Of a stretch of 17,665 nt of DNA, positions 6,601 to 14,533 are shown in pieces (within the stretch, counting starts at the first letter, position 1; each line of letters opens with the position of its first letter). Origin of the DNA: Pseudobdellovibrionaceae bacterium. GTDB taxonomy: Bacteria; Bdellovibrionota; Bdellovibrionia; Bdellovibrionales; Bdellovibrionaceae. Made by a program: the position numbers and the translations under genes. The stretch is from assembly GCA_039810425.1 (NCBI GenBank), contig JBDHWW010000058.1, forward strand, positions 1 to 17,665, given 5' to 3'. Under the pieces are notes generated by a model, which saw only the letters and a list, made by a program, of their open reading frames with translations, did no database searches and was not told the DNA's origin.

Positions 6601-7184
6601 ATGGTTCAGGGATCGCCGGCGAACTGGTCCCAGGCACTGCAAATAATATCCTTTACGGATCTTCTACTTCGGCTTGGGCTTCAGGAACTGCCAATACGGC
6701 GGGCCTCGTTGACAAGACGACTGCTCAAACCATCGCTGGCGTGAAGACATTCTCTTCAACAATTACTAGTAACATCGCTTCGGGATCAAATGCCGTTGAC
6801 GCCGCTAACGGTAATATCAGAGCAGGAACTGGTGGCTCTTCTGTTGCCGGCGGTGGTCAGATCTACGCCGCTGCATTCGATGCCACGGCGAGTGGAACTA
6901 TCGACTTCAATAAGGGTAATATCCAAACTACCACCTACGATTGCACCGGCTCCGGCGCCGCATCGAAGATCAATCTGACGAACATGCAGTCCGGTGGTAG
7001 CTATACTCTTGTAGTGACCGGTGGTACGGGCGGTAAATGTACCTTGCAACACGCAGGGACAGATATTGCCGATACCCAGTACGCGCCGACGAACGCTGCT
7101 CGTACTTCTGGCAAGACGACTATCTACACGATTATCAAAGTCGGTAACGTGGTATATATCTCTTGGATCCAAGGCTTCGGATAA
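3669..7184 (+). CDS. Bdellovibrio-type trimeric fibre/adhesin (MAT-like, phage-tail-fibre-like), apparently lacking its 5' end
   Basis: 1171 aa, G/S/T/A-rich. (G)NVGIG motifs at 3675, 4347, 6006 and 6348; GAIRYN..EYCNGTAW and LPRMT..QRNAI..P.AGLQIYNTD motifs; TDAQGRVT repeats. It starts at a GTG two codons before NVGIGT with no signal peptide or RBS, and there is an in-frame TAA at 3591. Confidence 0.85.
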   Translation: MPNVGIGTTTPDPNYKMDIATTSTATTGSIAGQHTKITHSPTASATGAKVYGSYTEATTAASQDLFQLTGSYTNTNYSTSDMTNSVWSVDGSNANVTVAGAGSFNYVAGMTSNATFSASGTGNGYGIKADFLMDGTGTLATAAGGKFTSTTNKTLAYVANSYGVFAESKTALGTVTDAYGIYSMVTQTGGTTTNAYGVYIGHVQGSNANSKWSLYTSDSAAPSYFAGNVGIGVPLPATKLDVNGSVRVGADATSCAAGIAGAIRYNGGNVEYCNGTAWTPLAASGAGITSLNGLTGNTQTFATPGTSGNAPNWSFAGSTHTLNIPMAAASGSVTAGLISNADYASMMAKQSNALANNKVWIGNASGGAEAHTLSGDATIDNTGLATLKSVGTAGTYFKVVTDAQGRVTSGSALAGSDVAAALGYTPVNKAGDSMGGDLITQNLNITNGKYLGLGTTSTAGTVAGQMWFESGFIKYFDGTATQSLGVSGAGITSLNGLNAVTQSFVTGSAGNAPAIASAGSTHTLNIPMASAGSVTAGLISNADYVAFNSKQSSALSDSYVWIGNSTNGAEAHALSGDATISNAGLVTVDKTQTGNALKIQQLDSSGVAKSLGIGLINSGTVRLLPGTPATASYDLKLPIVAPANNQILKSDATGSLSWVTYLAQVSDSAPLADGKMWIGNGSNIAVEQTMSGDATISNAGLLTLKSVGTAGTYFKVVTDAQGRVTSGSALASGDVTTALGYTPANGGNYVAKSGDTMTGALNLPSDGLSVGTSQLVVSGGNVGIGTATPNYALDVAGVYVPIRAKASALTADVLRLEGHGDPSAVFKMDNPYGSTTDTFRLRFTGVDTNPQDVDLATITGAQTQNGVGNHAGYMAFSTAKSGALHERVRISEGGNVGIGTTGPNAAALLDLTSTTQGFLLPRMTAVQRNAITTPPAGLQIYNTDSSSVEFYNGTVWTALAASVTNKASLTNGSIWIGNGSGIAGELVPGTANNILYGSSTSAWASGTANTAGLVDKTTAQTIAGVKTFSSTITSNIASGSNAVDAANGNIRAGTGGSSVAGGGQIYAAAFDATASGTIDFNKGNIQTTTYDCTGSGAASKINLTNMQSGGSYTLVVTGGTGGKCTLQHAGTDIADTQYAPTNAARTSGKTTIYTIIKVGNVVYISWIQGFG
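4519..5420 (+). repeat. Internal ~100-aa module duplication (about 4519-4820 and 5128-5420)
   Basis: Both copies: GAGITSLNGL...AGSTHTLNIPMA...GSVTAGLISNADY...KQS.AL...VWIGN...GAEAH.LSGDATI.N.GL, with visible nucleotide similarity. Confidence 0.9.
4828..5861 (+). repeat. 83-bp near-identical in-frame direct repeat (4828-4910 and 5779-5861)
   Basis: First 52 bp identical; 3 mismatches in total, all at synonymous third positions; offset 951 bp (317 codons); encodes KSVGTAGTYFKVVTDAQGRVTSGSALA. Confidence 0.95.
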
Positions 7185-7251
7185 TGGAATAAAAAAGGAT
7201 TAGATTTGTCCGCCGCCTAGTACTATACCGAATTGTCGGAGGAGTACTATC

Positions 7252-7611
7252 ATGGTGAAAATCAAACGAGTTTATGCGTCACCAACGGCGGCCGATGGGT
7301 ATCGGGTCCTGGTTGATCGCCTGTGGCCGCGCGGAATGAAGAAAACCGCGCTGATTTTCAATCTTTGGCCTAAAGAACTCTGCCCCAGCACTGAATTGAG
7401 AAAAAGTTTCGGACATGATCCTGCCAAATTTAAAAGTTTTCGCGCGGGCTATAGGAAAGAACTTCATAATCCGTTGGCCGAAAAAGCCATCAATGAGCTG
7501 GCTCAAAAATCGAAAAAAAGAACGGTGACTCTCCTTTATGCCGCTCACGATGAAAAAATAAATCACGCCGTCATTTTAAAAAAAGTTATCGAAAGCGCGG
7601 CTAAAAAATAA
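7252..7611 (+). CDS. DUF488 / YeaO-family protein
   Basis: KIKRVY...DGYRVLVDRLWPRG, W.KELCPSTELRKSFGHDP, VTLLYAAHDEKINHAVIL; GGAGGAG RBS. Confidence 0.93.
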   Translation: MVKIKRVYASPTAADGYRVLVDRLWPRGMKKTALIFNLWPKELCPSTELRKSFGHDPAKFKSFRAGYRKELHNPLAEKAINELAQKSKKRTVTLLYAAHDEKINHAVILKKVIESAAKK

Positions 7612-7614
7612 AAA

Positions 7615-8634
7615 CTATACTCGATCGCTTTTCGCCCACAGAAGATGGTCCGCGAGCACCAACCACGTCATAGATTCCAGCACTGGAATCGCGCGGGTTA
7701 CGATGCAGGGATCGTGACGGCCTTTTTTTGCGACATCGAGGATTGATGATGTCGGTTTGAACTGCACTTTCAGCAAAATCTCTTCGCCGGTGGAGATACC
7801 TCCACGGATACCGCCGTAGTTCTCAGATTGAGACGATGCATGAAAGGTTGTGCCTTTCCCGTTCGGTGCTGCTTCGCTGCCCGCCCCCAGCTCCACGCCT
7901 GAAGTCGCTCCGACGCTCATATAGGCCTGCGCCAGGTCCGCCTTCAACTTATGGAACACGGGCTGCCCTATGCCGCCAGGTACGCCCTTAATACGAATCT
8001 CCGCCGTCCCTCCGTAGCTTTCCCCTTGAGACTGTGCAAGCGTTAATAGCTCTTTCACCTTCTCATGCTGAGCCGACGGAAATCTGGCGGTGAAGCTATC
8101 AACGTCTTGGGTCCAAACTTGCGCGCGTTCAGTTTCAGACAGCCTGTAGATACCAACTTGGCCTGCATACACTTTGAGCTGCAAGCCCGGAACAAGCTGC
8201 TTACACAACATTTGTGCGACAGCCCCCGCCATCACCCGGGCCACAGTTTCCCGACCCGAAGAGCGGCCACCACCACGATGATCGCGATGACCAAACTTCA
8301 TCTGCCACACATCATCCGCATGACCCGCTCGCGAAGAGTTTTTAATCTGATCGTAGTCCTGCGGCTTTTGATCCTTGTTGCGAACCATGATCGCTATGGG
8401 AGTGCCAATCGTTTGACCTTCAAAGACACCACTCAGCACTTCAGGAGCATCTGCTTCCTGACGTTGAGAAACCAGGCGTCCACCGGGACGGCGACGTTCG
8501 AGTTCTTTCACTAAGAGGGCTTCGTCGAATTTGAGTCCGGCGGGACAGCCGTCGATCACGACACCCAAAGCCGTGCCGTGGGATTCGCCGAAGGTTGTGA
8601 TGACAAACCTCGATCCGAAGGAACTTGCACTCAT
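7615..8634 (-). CDS. aroC: Chorismate synthase
   Basis: TTFGESHG, RRRPGG, GGGRSSGRET, GGIRGGISTG, FKPTSSI, GRHDPCI. ATG at 8634 overlaps the upstream stop (ATGA). Confidence 0.98.
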   Translation of the reverse strand: MSASSFGSRFVITTFGESHGTALGVVIDGCPAGLKFDEALLVKELERRRPGGRLVSQRQEADAPEVLSGVFEGQTIGTPIAIMVRNKDQKPQDYDQIKNSSRAGHADDVWQMKFGHRDHRGGGRSSGRETVARVMAGAVAQMLCKQLVPGLQLKVYAGQVGIYRLSETERAQVWTQDVDSFTARFPSAQHEKVKELLTLAQSQGESYGGTAEIRIKGVPGGIGQPVFHKLKADLAQAYMSVGATSGVELGAGSEAAPNGKGTTFHASSQSENYGGIRGGISTGEEILLKVQFKPTSSILDVAKKGRHDPCIVTRAIPVLESMTWLVLADHLLWAKSDRV

Positions 8635-10436
8635 GGCTGAATCTCCCAAAATTCTCGTTGATGTTGGGCCTGCGTCCGAAACATTTTTACACCTGAACGA
8701 TATTCCGCTCCGATTCTATGGGCATATTCGCGGCCTGCGGAATCGTCGGTATAATTTAAATCAAGAACCAGTTTTGGCTTCCACTCAGGCTTCGGCCATT
8801 TCATATCACCTTTTCTCGGCGCCGCCCACACCAACACATCGGGCATGACTTCCTGGCTCCAGCGTGCCTGGTCTTCTTCACGAACCTCGCCACGGGTTGC
8901 CGAGAAGCAATACGACTGTGGCAATACTTTCTTCATTATGTTCAGCGTCCCGCCGCCGCCCCAAAGCACGACGGTGTCTTTCTCACTAATCCCCTCGGCC
9001 AAATCCCGGAATCCCGCAAAGTCCGTATTGTGACCCGCCCAGCGTTTTTGGGCTGAATTGTAGTAGAGCGTATTCACGGAACGTAGAAGCTCCGCTTCAC
9101 TGGTTTTTTCCTTACTGCTATGAAATGCTTCTTCTTTCAAAGGAGACGTCACCGCCGCTTGCTTTAAACCCAACACTGAAAGAGTGCGTAAGGCCGACTC
9201 CCACTCACGCTGATCAACCTCGATACGGAAAACGGGCTCATTACGCTCTTCAAAAAAAGCCTTCTGCTCCATTGGCGTCCAACTTTGCTTGATGGGTTTA
9301 CCCAAGACCGCCGCGAACTGAGTTTTAATAAAGTGAACACTGAGCCACTCGTAAACCGTCGGTTGGTCGGCGGCGCTGCCATCGCCCTCCCGCCAGAAGT
9401 TCAAGAGCTGTCGACCCTTCATCCACAAACGGAACCAAGCCCATCGGCCATTCACCGATCGCGGCAAGAAACTGCGATTGTGCGGATCCACTTGCTGCCA
9501 GAGATAGCCCACCAAAAGCTCGTCGTAGGTTTCAACAACCGGAGCCAACTTCAGGTGCGCACACTTGCCGGTTTGATCATTCAAACGCGAAATGGCCTCT
9601 TCGAGGGACTCGCCCGCGATGCGATCATGTAAAGAGATAATAAGCCGCTGCTTTAAAAAACGCACCGGTTGCGGCATCTCGCCGAGCTCCACGGCCCAAT
9701 CATAGTAAGCAATCTGACCGCCCTGTGGGTAGTTCCCGGTCTTTCCGGTGCGGAATGAGAAAATGAATTTCTCCGAAAACAGCGAACCCAAGCAAGTTTG
9801 GACCTGATCATGGTTTAAAAGATCGTCACGCATTTCAAAAAACTCAACACCATGGTTCGCGTGACTCTCAATAAATCCATGCCAGCGATTTTTCTTCAGG
9901 AAAACCTCAGGCAAAATCGTCACGCCGCCCGCAAGAGCCCTTGTCTGCCGCACCAGAATTTGCTCTTCCATTGTATCGACTTCCGTGAGGCCTTCCGGCA
10001 TCATATAAATCTGATCGTAGACATTACGGAACTGGAATTCCCGAGCCTTCGCGCGCTTCTCGTACTCTTCAAGGGGTGGCAAATCACTTTCCAAGCGTGG
10101 CCGATCTAAGAAAATGCGCCCGGCGTGATCGGTCGCTCTTTGCACCCAAAGCACGCGCGCATGCTCGGGAATCACCCCGACCGGAAAACCACCGCCGACC
10201 GCGATCCAGCAACTTGGCTGAGAAAGGATGATCTCATGAAAGATCCGCTTCTCAAGATCGCGGAAAGCAGGCTCACCCTCTATTTCGAAGATCTCACGAA
10301 TGGTTTTCTTTGCACGCTTCTCGATTTCTTGATCAAGATCAAAACAAGGGACTGTCGAAGAATCGGTGTAGCGATGGATGCGTTTGAGCAACTGGGTTTT
10401 ACCGACACCTCTCTGGCCAACAATCACATTGATCAT
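8631..10436 (-). CDS. Trifunctional shikimate kinase / type I 3-dehydroquinate dehydratase / shikimate dehydrogenase (AroK-AroD-AroE fusion), 601 aa
   Basis: AroK: GQRGVGKT, DLDQEIE, IFEIEGEPAFR, VGGG, RPRL. AroD-I: EMRDDLL, IFSFR, IISLHD, HLKLA. AroE: VLGKPIKQS, VTSPLK, VNTL, NTD, GGGGT, DLNY, QA. ATG at 10436 overlaps the aroA stop (ATGA). Confidence 0.88.
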   Translation of the reverse strand: MINVIVGQRGVGKTQLLKRIHRYTDSSTVPCFDLDQEIEKRAKKTIREIFEIEGEPAFRDLEKRIFHEIILSQPSCWIAVGGGFPVGVIPEHARVLWVQRATDHAGRIFLDRPRLESDLPPLEEYEKRAKAREFQFRNVYDQIYMMPEGLTEVDTMEEQILVRQTRALAGGVTILPEVFLKKNRWHGFIESHANHGVEFFEMRDDLLNHDQVQTCLGSLFSEKFIFSFRTGKTGNYPQGGQIAYYDWAVELGEMPQPVRFLKQRLIISLHDRIAGESLEEAISRLNDQTGKCAHLKLAPVVETYDELLVGYLWQQVDPHNRSFLPRSVNGRWAWFRLWMKGRQLLNFWREGDGSAADQPTVYEWLSVHFIKTQFAAVLGKPIKQSWTPMEQKAFFEERNEPVFRIEVDQREWESALRTLSVLGLKQAAVTSPLKEEAFHSSKEKTSEAELLRSVNTLYYNSAQKRWAGHNTDFAGFRDLAEGISEKDTVVLWGGGGTLNIMKKVLPQSYCFSATRGEVREEDQARWSQEVMPDVLVWAAPRKGDMKWPKPEWKPKLVLDLNYTDDSAGREYAHRIGAEYRSGVKMFRTQAQHQREFWEIQP

Positions 10437-11608
10437 GGACGAACTCCTACATACTTCCAAAACTCAGGAAAACTTTTACGAACGACATCGGGATCAAGGA
10501 TCTGAATATCTTCGCCGAAATATTTTAACAAGGCCGCGGCAAATGCCAGGCGGTGATCTTTATCAGGATCGAAACGGAAACTCTTTGCCTGGAAGACACG
10601 GCCCCGGCCCAAGACCTCCATGCCATCTTTGCGTTCTTTGACGGAGACACCGGCTTTTTGCAATAGCTCTGCGGTTTTCTGAATGCGATTGGACTCTTTA
10701 AACGCCAACTGAGGAGCCCCATACAACACAGACCGTCCCTCTGCAAAACTGCAAAGAACCGCAAGCACCGGAAACAAATCCGGCGAATTCCGCAAATTTG
10801 CTTTTACCGGTTTTAACCTCTTGGATGACTTTACGATCAGCCGCCTTGAACTCCGTGCTTCGCCAACGCCCATCTTTTTCAGGATGCGCGTAAATGCCAG
10901 ATCCGGTTGCAGGCTCTTTGCTGGAAAATCCTGAAAAGTCGCTTGGCCGGAAACTGCCGCAAACACAGCTACGCTAAAGAGCGAGCTCAAATCGGACTCA
11001 ACCGCATACTTCGTGAGCTTTATCGCCTGCCCGCGTGGAATCGTATACATATTTCCACGGCAAGAGTATTTCAAACCAAGATCTTTCAAAACCCGCAAAG
11101 TCATTTTAAAATAGCCCGCCGAAGTGATGGATCCCGGCACTTTGACTTGCAAATCAAAATCGAGATTCCAGGCATTAAGAAACAGCGCCGACAAAAACTG
11201 ACTCGACTCGTTGGCCCTCACCGAAAGAGCTTTTGCGGGCGCCTTCCAGCCGCTGGAAATAATTCGCAGGCCTTTCTTTTCAAAGCGCACTTCAACACCA
11301 AGCTGCCGCAGAATCCGCGGAATTTCTTGCTGCGGACGACTGAATAAACGCGGAGTTCCTTTTAACAAAAATTCACCCGGCAGGCGCGATACCCGAAACG
11401 CCAAGAAACGCAATGTCGTTCCACCCTCGCCGCAATCAAGCACGGAGCTTTTCCCCAGCTTCTTTAAGTTGGCCTTCATATGAATGACGTCGTCGCAGCT
11501 CGAGTCCCCAACGAGCTTCAAACGTGGTTCGTAGCTCTGAGCAATCAGCGCACGATTCATCAACGATTTGGAGGCAGGAATGCGGCCATGGAACTTGAAG
11601 ACTTTCAC
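10433..11608 (-). CDS. aroA: EPSP synthase (3-phosphoshikimate 1-carboxyvinyltransferase)
   Basis: PASKSLMNRAL, GEGGTTLRF, SSQFLSAL, KESNRI, DHRLA, KSFPEFW; GTG start. Confidence 0.97.
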   Translation of the reverse strand: MKVFKFHGRIPASKSLMNRALIAQSYEPRLKLVGDSSCDDVIHMKANLKKLGKSSVLDCGEGGTTLRFLAFRVSRLPGEFLLKGTPRLFSRPQQEIPRILRQLGVEVRFEKKGLRIISSGWKAPAKALSVRANESSQFLSALFLNAWNLDFDLQVKVPGSITSAGYFKMTLRVLKDLGLKYSCRGNMYTIPRGQAIKLTKYAVESDLSSLFSVAVFAAVSGQATFQDFPAKSLQPDLAFTRILKKMGVGEARSSRRLIVKSSKRLKPVKANLRNSPDLFPVLAVLCSFAEGRSVLYGAPQLAFKESNRIQKTAELLQKAGVSVKERKDGMEVLGRGRVFQAKSFRFDPDKDHRLAFAAALLKYFGEDIQILDPDVVRKSFPEFWKYVGVRP

Positions 11609-11613
11609 CCTAT

Positions 11614-12681
11614 CTACCCCCAGAACGATTGCTGTCGTGCCATCTCAGGAACGAAGTCCGCCAAAGGAACTTCGGCAATAACCGGCTTGCCGGGGCGTTT
11701 TAAGAAAATGAAGCGTAATTCCTTGGAACTCGTTTTCTTTTTATCCTGCTCGAGGTAGTGCAGGAAGCTGCCAGGTTTCTCGCTCAGCAAAGCCATCATG
11801 CTTAGATTTTTCCAAATACTTTTCTGCTTGGCTTGAACAGCCTTTTTCCAAAGCTTTGCTTGCATCAGCTTCAAGTAGTCCCGTTGGCTCATGAAACCTT
11901 TTTCGTAACTCCACTCTAACGCAAACTGCAACCCCGCCAAGACCGCCACGCCATGCGGAAGGCCATAGTGGGCTTCCACGACATGCCCCATCGTATGGCC
12001 GAAGTTCAGGACATGGCGGAGGCCATTTTTTTCTTCAGGATCTTTGGTGACGATCTTATACTTCTCGCGAACAACATCCGGAAGAAGTTTCCAAAGCGCG
12101 GCGCCATTCAGCGCGCGCACACCATTCAGTTTGGCAAACAAACGTCCGCCAGAAAGCAAAGCCATCTTGATCAGTTCGCCCAGAGCTTCAAACCCGCGCT
12201 CCTCCGGTTGGGCCAAAAGCAACGGCCTTACGAGATAAATATCTTTTGCTGGATAGAAAGTGCCGATTTGGTTTTTCGCTCCACGCGCATTCAATGCGGT
12301 CTTTCCACCATGGGCGGAATCCATCGCCGACAACCAAGTGCTCGGAATATGCACGAGTTCAACGCCGCGTTTGTAGACACTGGCGACAAAGCCACCGAAG
12401 TCGCCGACACTGCCGCCTCCCAAAACAATGATCGTCAGCTTGCGCGGCGAAAAGGATCGCGTCTTTTCAAGAATCACCTCCATGTGCCGGGGAAACTCAC
12501 GCAGGCTCTTTAGCTCTTCGCCGGAAGCCACAGCATAACGCGCTGGAAACTGTTTCACCCACGCCGCCACCTTCGGATGACGGTCGAAGATGCGGTCGTA
12601 GATCAATAAAACCTCATCTCCGAACTTCTTCGGGGATGGCCACTGGCTTACGTAATGAAGTTGAGATTGAAATCGAGCCAC
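11614..12681 (-). CDS. aroB: 3-dehydroquinate synthase
   Basis: LGGGSVGDFGGFVAS..KRG, DSAHGGKT, KNQIGTFY, LNFGHTMGH, HGVAV, DKK; GTG start. Confidence 0.97.
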   Translation of the reverse strand: MARFQSQLHYVSQWPSPKKFGDEVLLIYDRIFDRHPKVAAWVKQFPARYAVASGEELKSLREFPRHMEVILEKTRSFSPRKLTIIVLGGGSVGDFGGFVASVYKRGVELVHIPSTWLSAMDSAHGGKTALNARGAKNQIGTFYPAKDIYLVRPLLLAQPEERGFEALGELIKMALLSGGRLFAKLNGVRALNGAALWKLLPDVVREKYKIVTKDPEEKNGLRHVLNFGHTMGHVVEAHYGLPHGVAVLAGLQFALEWSYEKGFMSQRDYLKLMQAKLWKKAVQAKQKSIWKNLSMMALLSEKPGSFLHYLEQDKKKTSSKELRFIFLKRPGKPVIAEVPLADFVPEMARQQSFWG

Positions 12682-12703
12682 TTGGAAATTTTACTCCGAT
12701 GAA

Positions 12704-13129
12704 CTACTTGTGTTTGATATCTTCGAACTCTTGCTTTGCCTTCTTGTAAGAATCAGAAATACTATCCATCGCTTTAATCATGCCGTCCTTCATCTGATTC
12801 CAGGCTTTGCCGGAACTATCTTTCAAGCGGTCATAATCTTTTTTAAGCTTGGCTTGTTTCTTTTCAAGAGCTTTCACCTGCTTGTCGAGCTCATCTTTGG
12901 CGTGACCCGTTGCGGTCGAGGCGTCTTTCTTGAGATCCGCGATCTCATCAGAAACCTTCTGCATCTTTTCACTCAGAGCTTTCTGAATTTCTTCTTTGTG
13001 TTCCTTGGTGTATTCGCCTGCTGCTTGCACGGTCTCTGACGCTTTTTGTTTTACCTCTTCGCCCTTATCCGTTGCGTAAACGACTGAACCAATCAACCCC
13101 AATGCAAAAAGAAACTTAAAGATTTTCAT
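12704..13129 (-). CDS. Secreted/periplasmic Lys/Glu-rich coiled-coil protein
   Basis: Signal peptide MKIFKFLFALGLIGSVVYA; heptad-like charged helices; AAGGAG RBS. Confidence 0.85.
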   Translation of the reverse strand: MKIFKFLFALGLIGSVVYATDKGEEVKQKASETVQAAGEYTKEHKEEIQKALSEKMQKVSDEIADLKKDASTATGHAKDELDKQVKALEKKQAKLKKDYDRLKDSSGKAWNQMKDGMIKAMDSISDSYKKAKQEFEDIKHK

Positions 13130-13192
13130 GAGTGGACTCCTTGCTAATTGCGAAGTCCATTTTCCGTGAGTTTCCGAGTGATGTCTAGGGCT

Positions 13193-13882
13193 TTACGGTA
13201 AAAACCAGTCTATTTCTTGAATGTCATGGTCGCGTAAGTACTTATTAATTTTCGAGAATGGTTTTGAGCCAAAAAATCCACGATATGCGGAGAGAGGTGA
13301 CGGATGCGGCGACTCCAGCACCAGGTTCTTAGAACGGTTTACGAATGCCGCCTTCTTCTGTGCGTAACTTCCCCACAACAAGTAGACAACGTGCTCGCGA
13401 TTCTTGCTCAGCGCCGCAATCACTTGATCTGTAAATTGCTCCCAGCCCTTGCCCTGATGGGCCGCCGCTTGTCCCTGCTCAACCGTGAGCACGGCATTCA
13501 AAAGAAGCACGCCTTGCTCCGCCCAGTGCGTAAGATCACCACTTTTCGGCATGGCCACACCGACGTCATCGTGAAGCTCTTTGAAAATATTCTGAAGCGA
13601 TGGAGGAAAGCGGACTCCTTTACGCACCGAGAAGCTCAAACCATGCGCTTGCCCCGGTCCATGATAGGGATCCTGACCGATAATCACAACTTTCACTTTG
13701 TCGAGAGGAGTCAGATTCAGAGCAGCAAAATATTCTTCGCCTTTTGGGAATATCACCTTGTTAGCTTGTTTTCGCGTGAGAAGAAATTTTCGCAATCCTT
13801 TCATATAGTCTTTTTCAAACTCTGGTTGCAGGTATTGAAGCCAGGATTTCTCTAATTTCGGTGTCGTGGTCGTTTCGCTCAA
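13193..13882 (-). CDS. ung: Uracil-DNA glycosylase (family 1)
   Basis: GQDPYH, GLSFSV, PPSL, GVLLLN, LLWG, HPSPLS; TTG start with a GGGAG RBS. Confidence 0.98.
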   Translation of the reverse strand: MSETTTTPKLEKSWLQYLQPEFEKDYMKGLRKFLLTRKQANKVIFPKGEEYFAALNLTPLDKVKVVIIGQDPYHGPGQAHGLSFSVRKGVRFPPSLQNIFKELHDDVGVAMPKSGDLTHWAEQGVLLLNAVLTVEQGQAAAHQGKGWEQFTDQVIAALSKNREHVVYLLWGSYAQKKAAFVNRSKNLVLESPHPSPLSAYRGFFGSKPFSKINKYLRDHDIQEIDWFLP

Positions 13883-14021
13883 AGTCGCTCCCAGCGCAGG
13901 TTTGCGGTATTTAATTCAGGTCTCAAACCGAGACTAACATCCTCTAAACAAGTCCAAGGTCGGGATTTTAAAACAAATATATTCCAATTCAAATATATTT
14001 TTTATTTCTTCCGCACTTGAC

Positions 14022-14050
14022 CTGACAGTTCCGCAACTCATTGTTACAAT
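14022..14050 (+). promoter_or_regulatory. Sigma-70 promoter
   Basis: CTGACA-17 bp-TACAAT with an extended TG and an AT-rich upstream tract. Confidence 0.6.
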
Positions 14051-14085
14051 ATAAGAAAAGAGTCTTTAACGGAATAGGAGGATCT

Positions 14086-14499
14086 ATGTCTGACCTTCTG
14101 AACCCCGGAATTGAGCTGATCGAAGTCGCGATCGAAGATAGTCCTGAAGTAAAATCATATATTTATCAAATGATCTCGGAGTTCGAACCCTATATCACTC
14201 CGCAGACGGTCGTGGCGGTTATCGCGAAAGATCCTTTGAAGCTGGCGCTCCAATATGAAGCGGCTGGCAAAGAATTTGATGAAAGGGACTTGAAATCTCA
14301 TTACAGGATTTCGATCACCTTGAAAGAGGGCGACGCGAAGATCGCGGCGGAAGGTGTCGACAAGGACATCTACACGGCGATTCGCCTAGCTAAAGATTCC
14401 CTGCTGCAAAAGTTGATTGCGATCCAAGACAGAATTGTTACGCAACAGGAACGCAACATGGAGATTCACCATGCTCTGCAGAACACAATGATTCATTAG
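14086..14499 (+). CDS. HPF/RaiA-like ribosome-associated protein (divergent), 137 aa
   Basis: AGGAGG RBS before ATG at 14086. C-terminal ISITLK...IAAEGVDKDIYTAIRLAKDSLLQKL resembles the HPF DLYAAID..KL helix. Confidence 0.6.
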   Translation: MSDLLNPGIELIEVAIEDSPEVKSYIYQMISEFEPYITPQTVVAVIAKDPLKLALQYEAAGKEFDERDLKSHYRISITLKEGDAKIAAEGVDKDIYTAIRLAKDSLLQKLIAIQDRIVTQQERNMEIHHALQNTMIH

Positions 14500-14533
14500 C
14501 CCTCGCCGAATACTTTTTAACCGGAAACGCCCC

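Noticed and set aside
11609..11616. Stop read-through or programmed frameshift fusing AroB to AroA
   Set aside because: The genes are out of frame (5-nt gap), no slippery sequence is evident, and aroA has its own GTG start.
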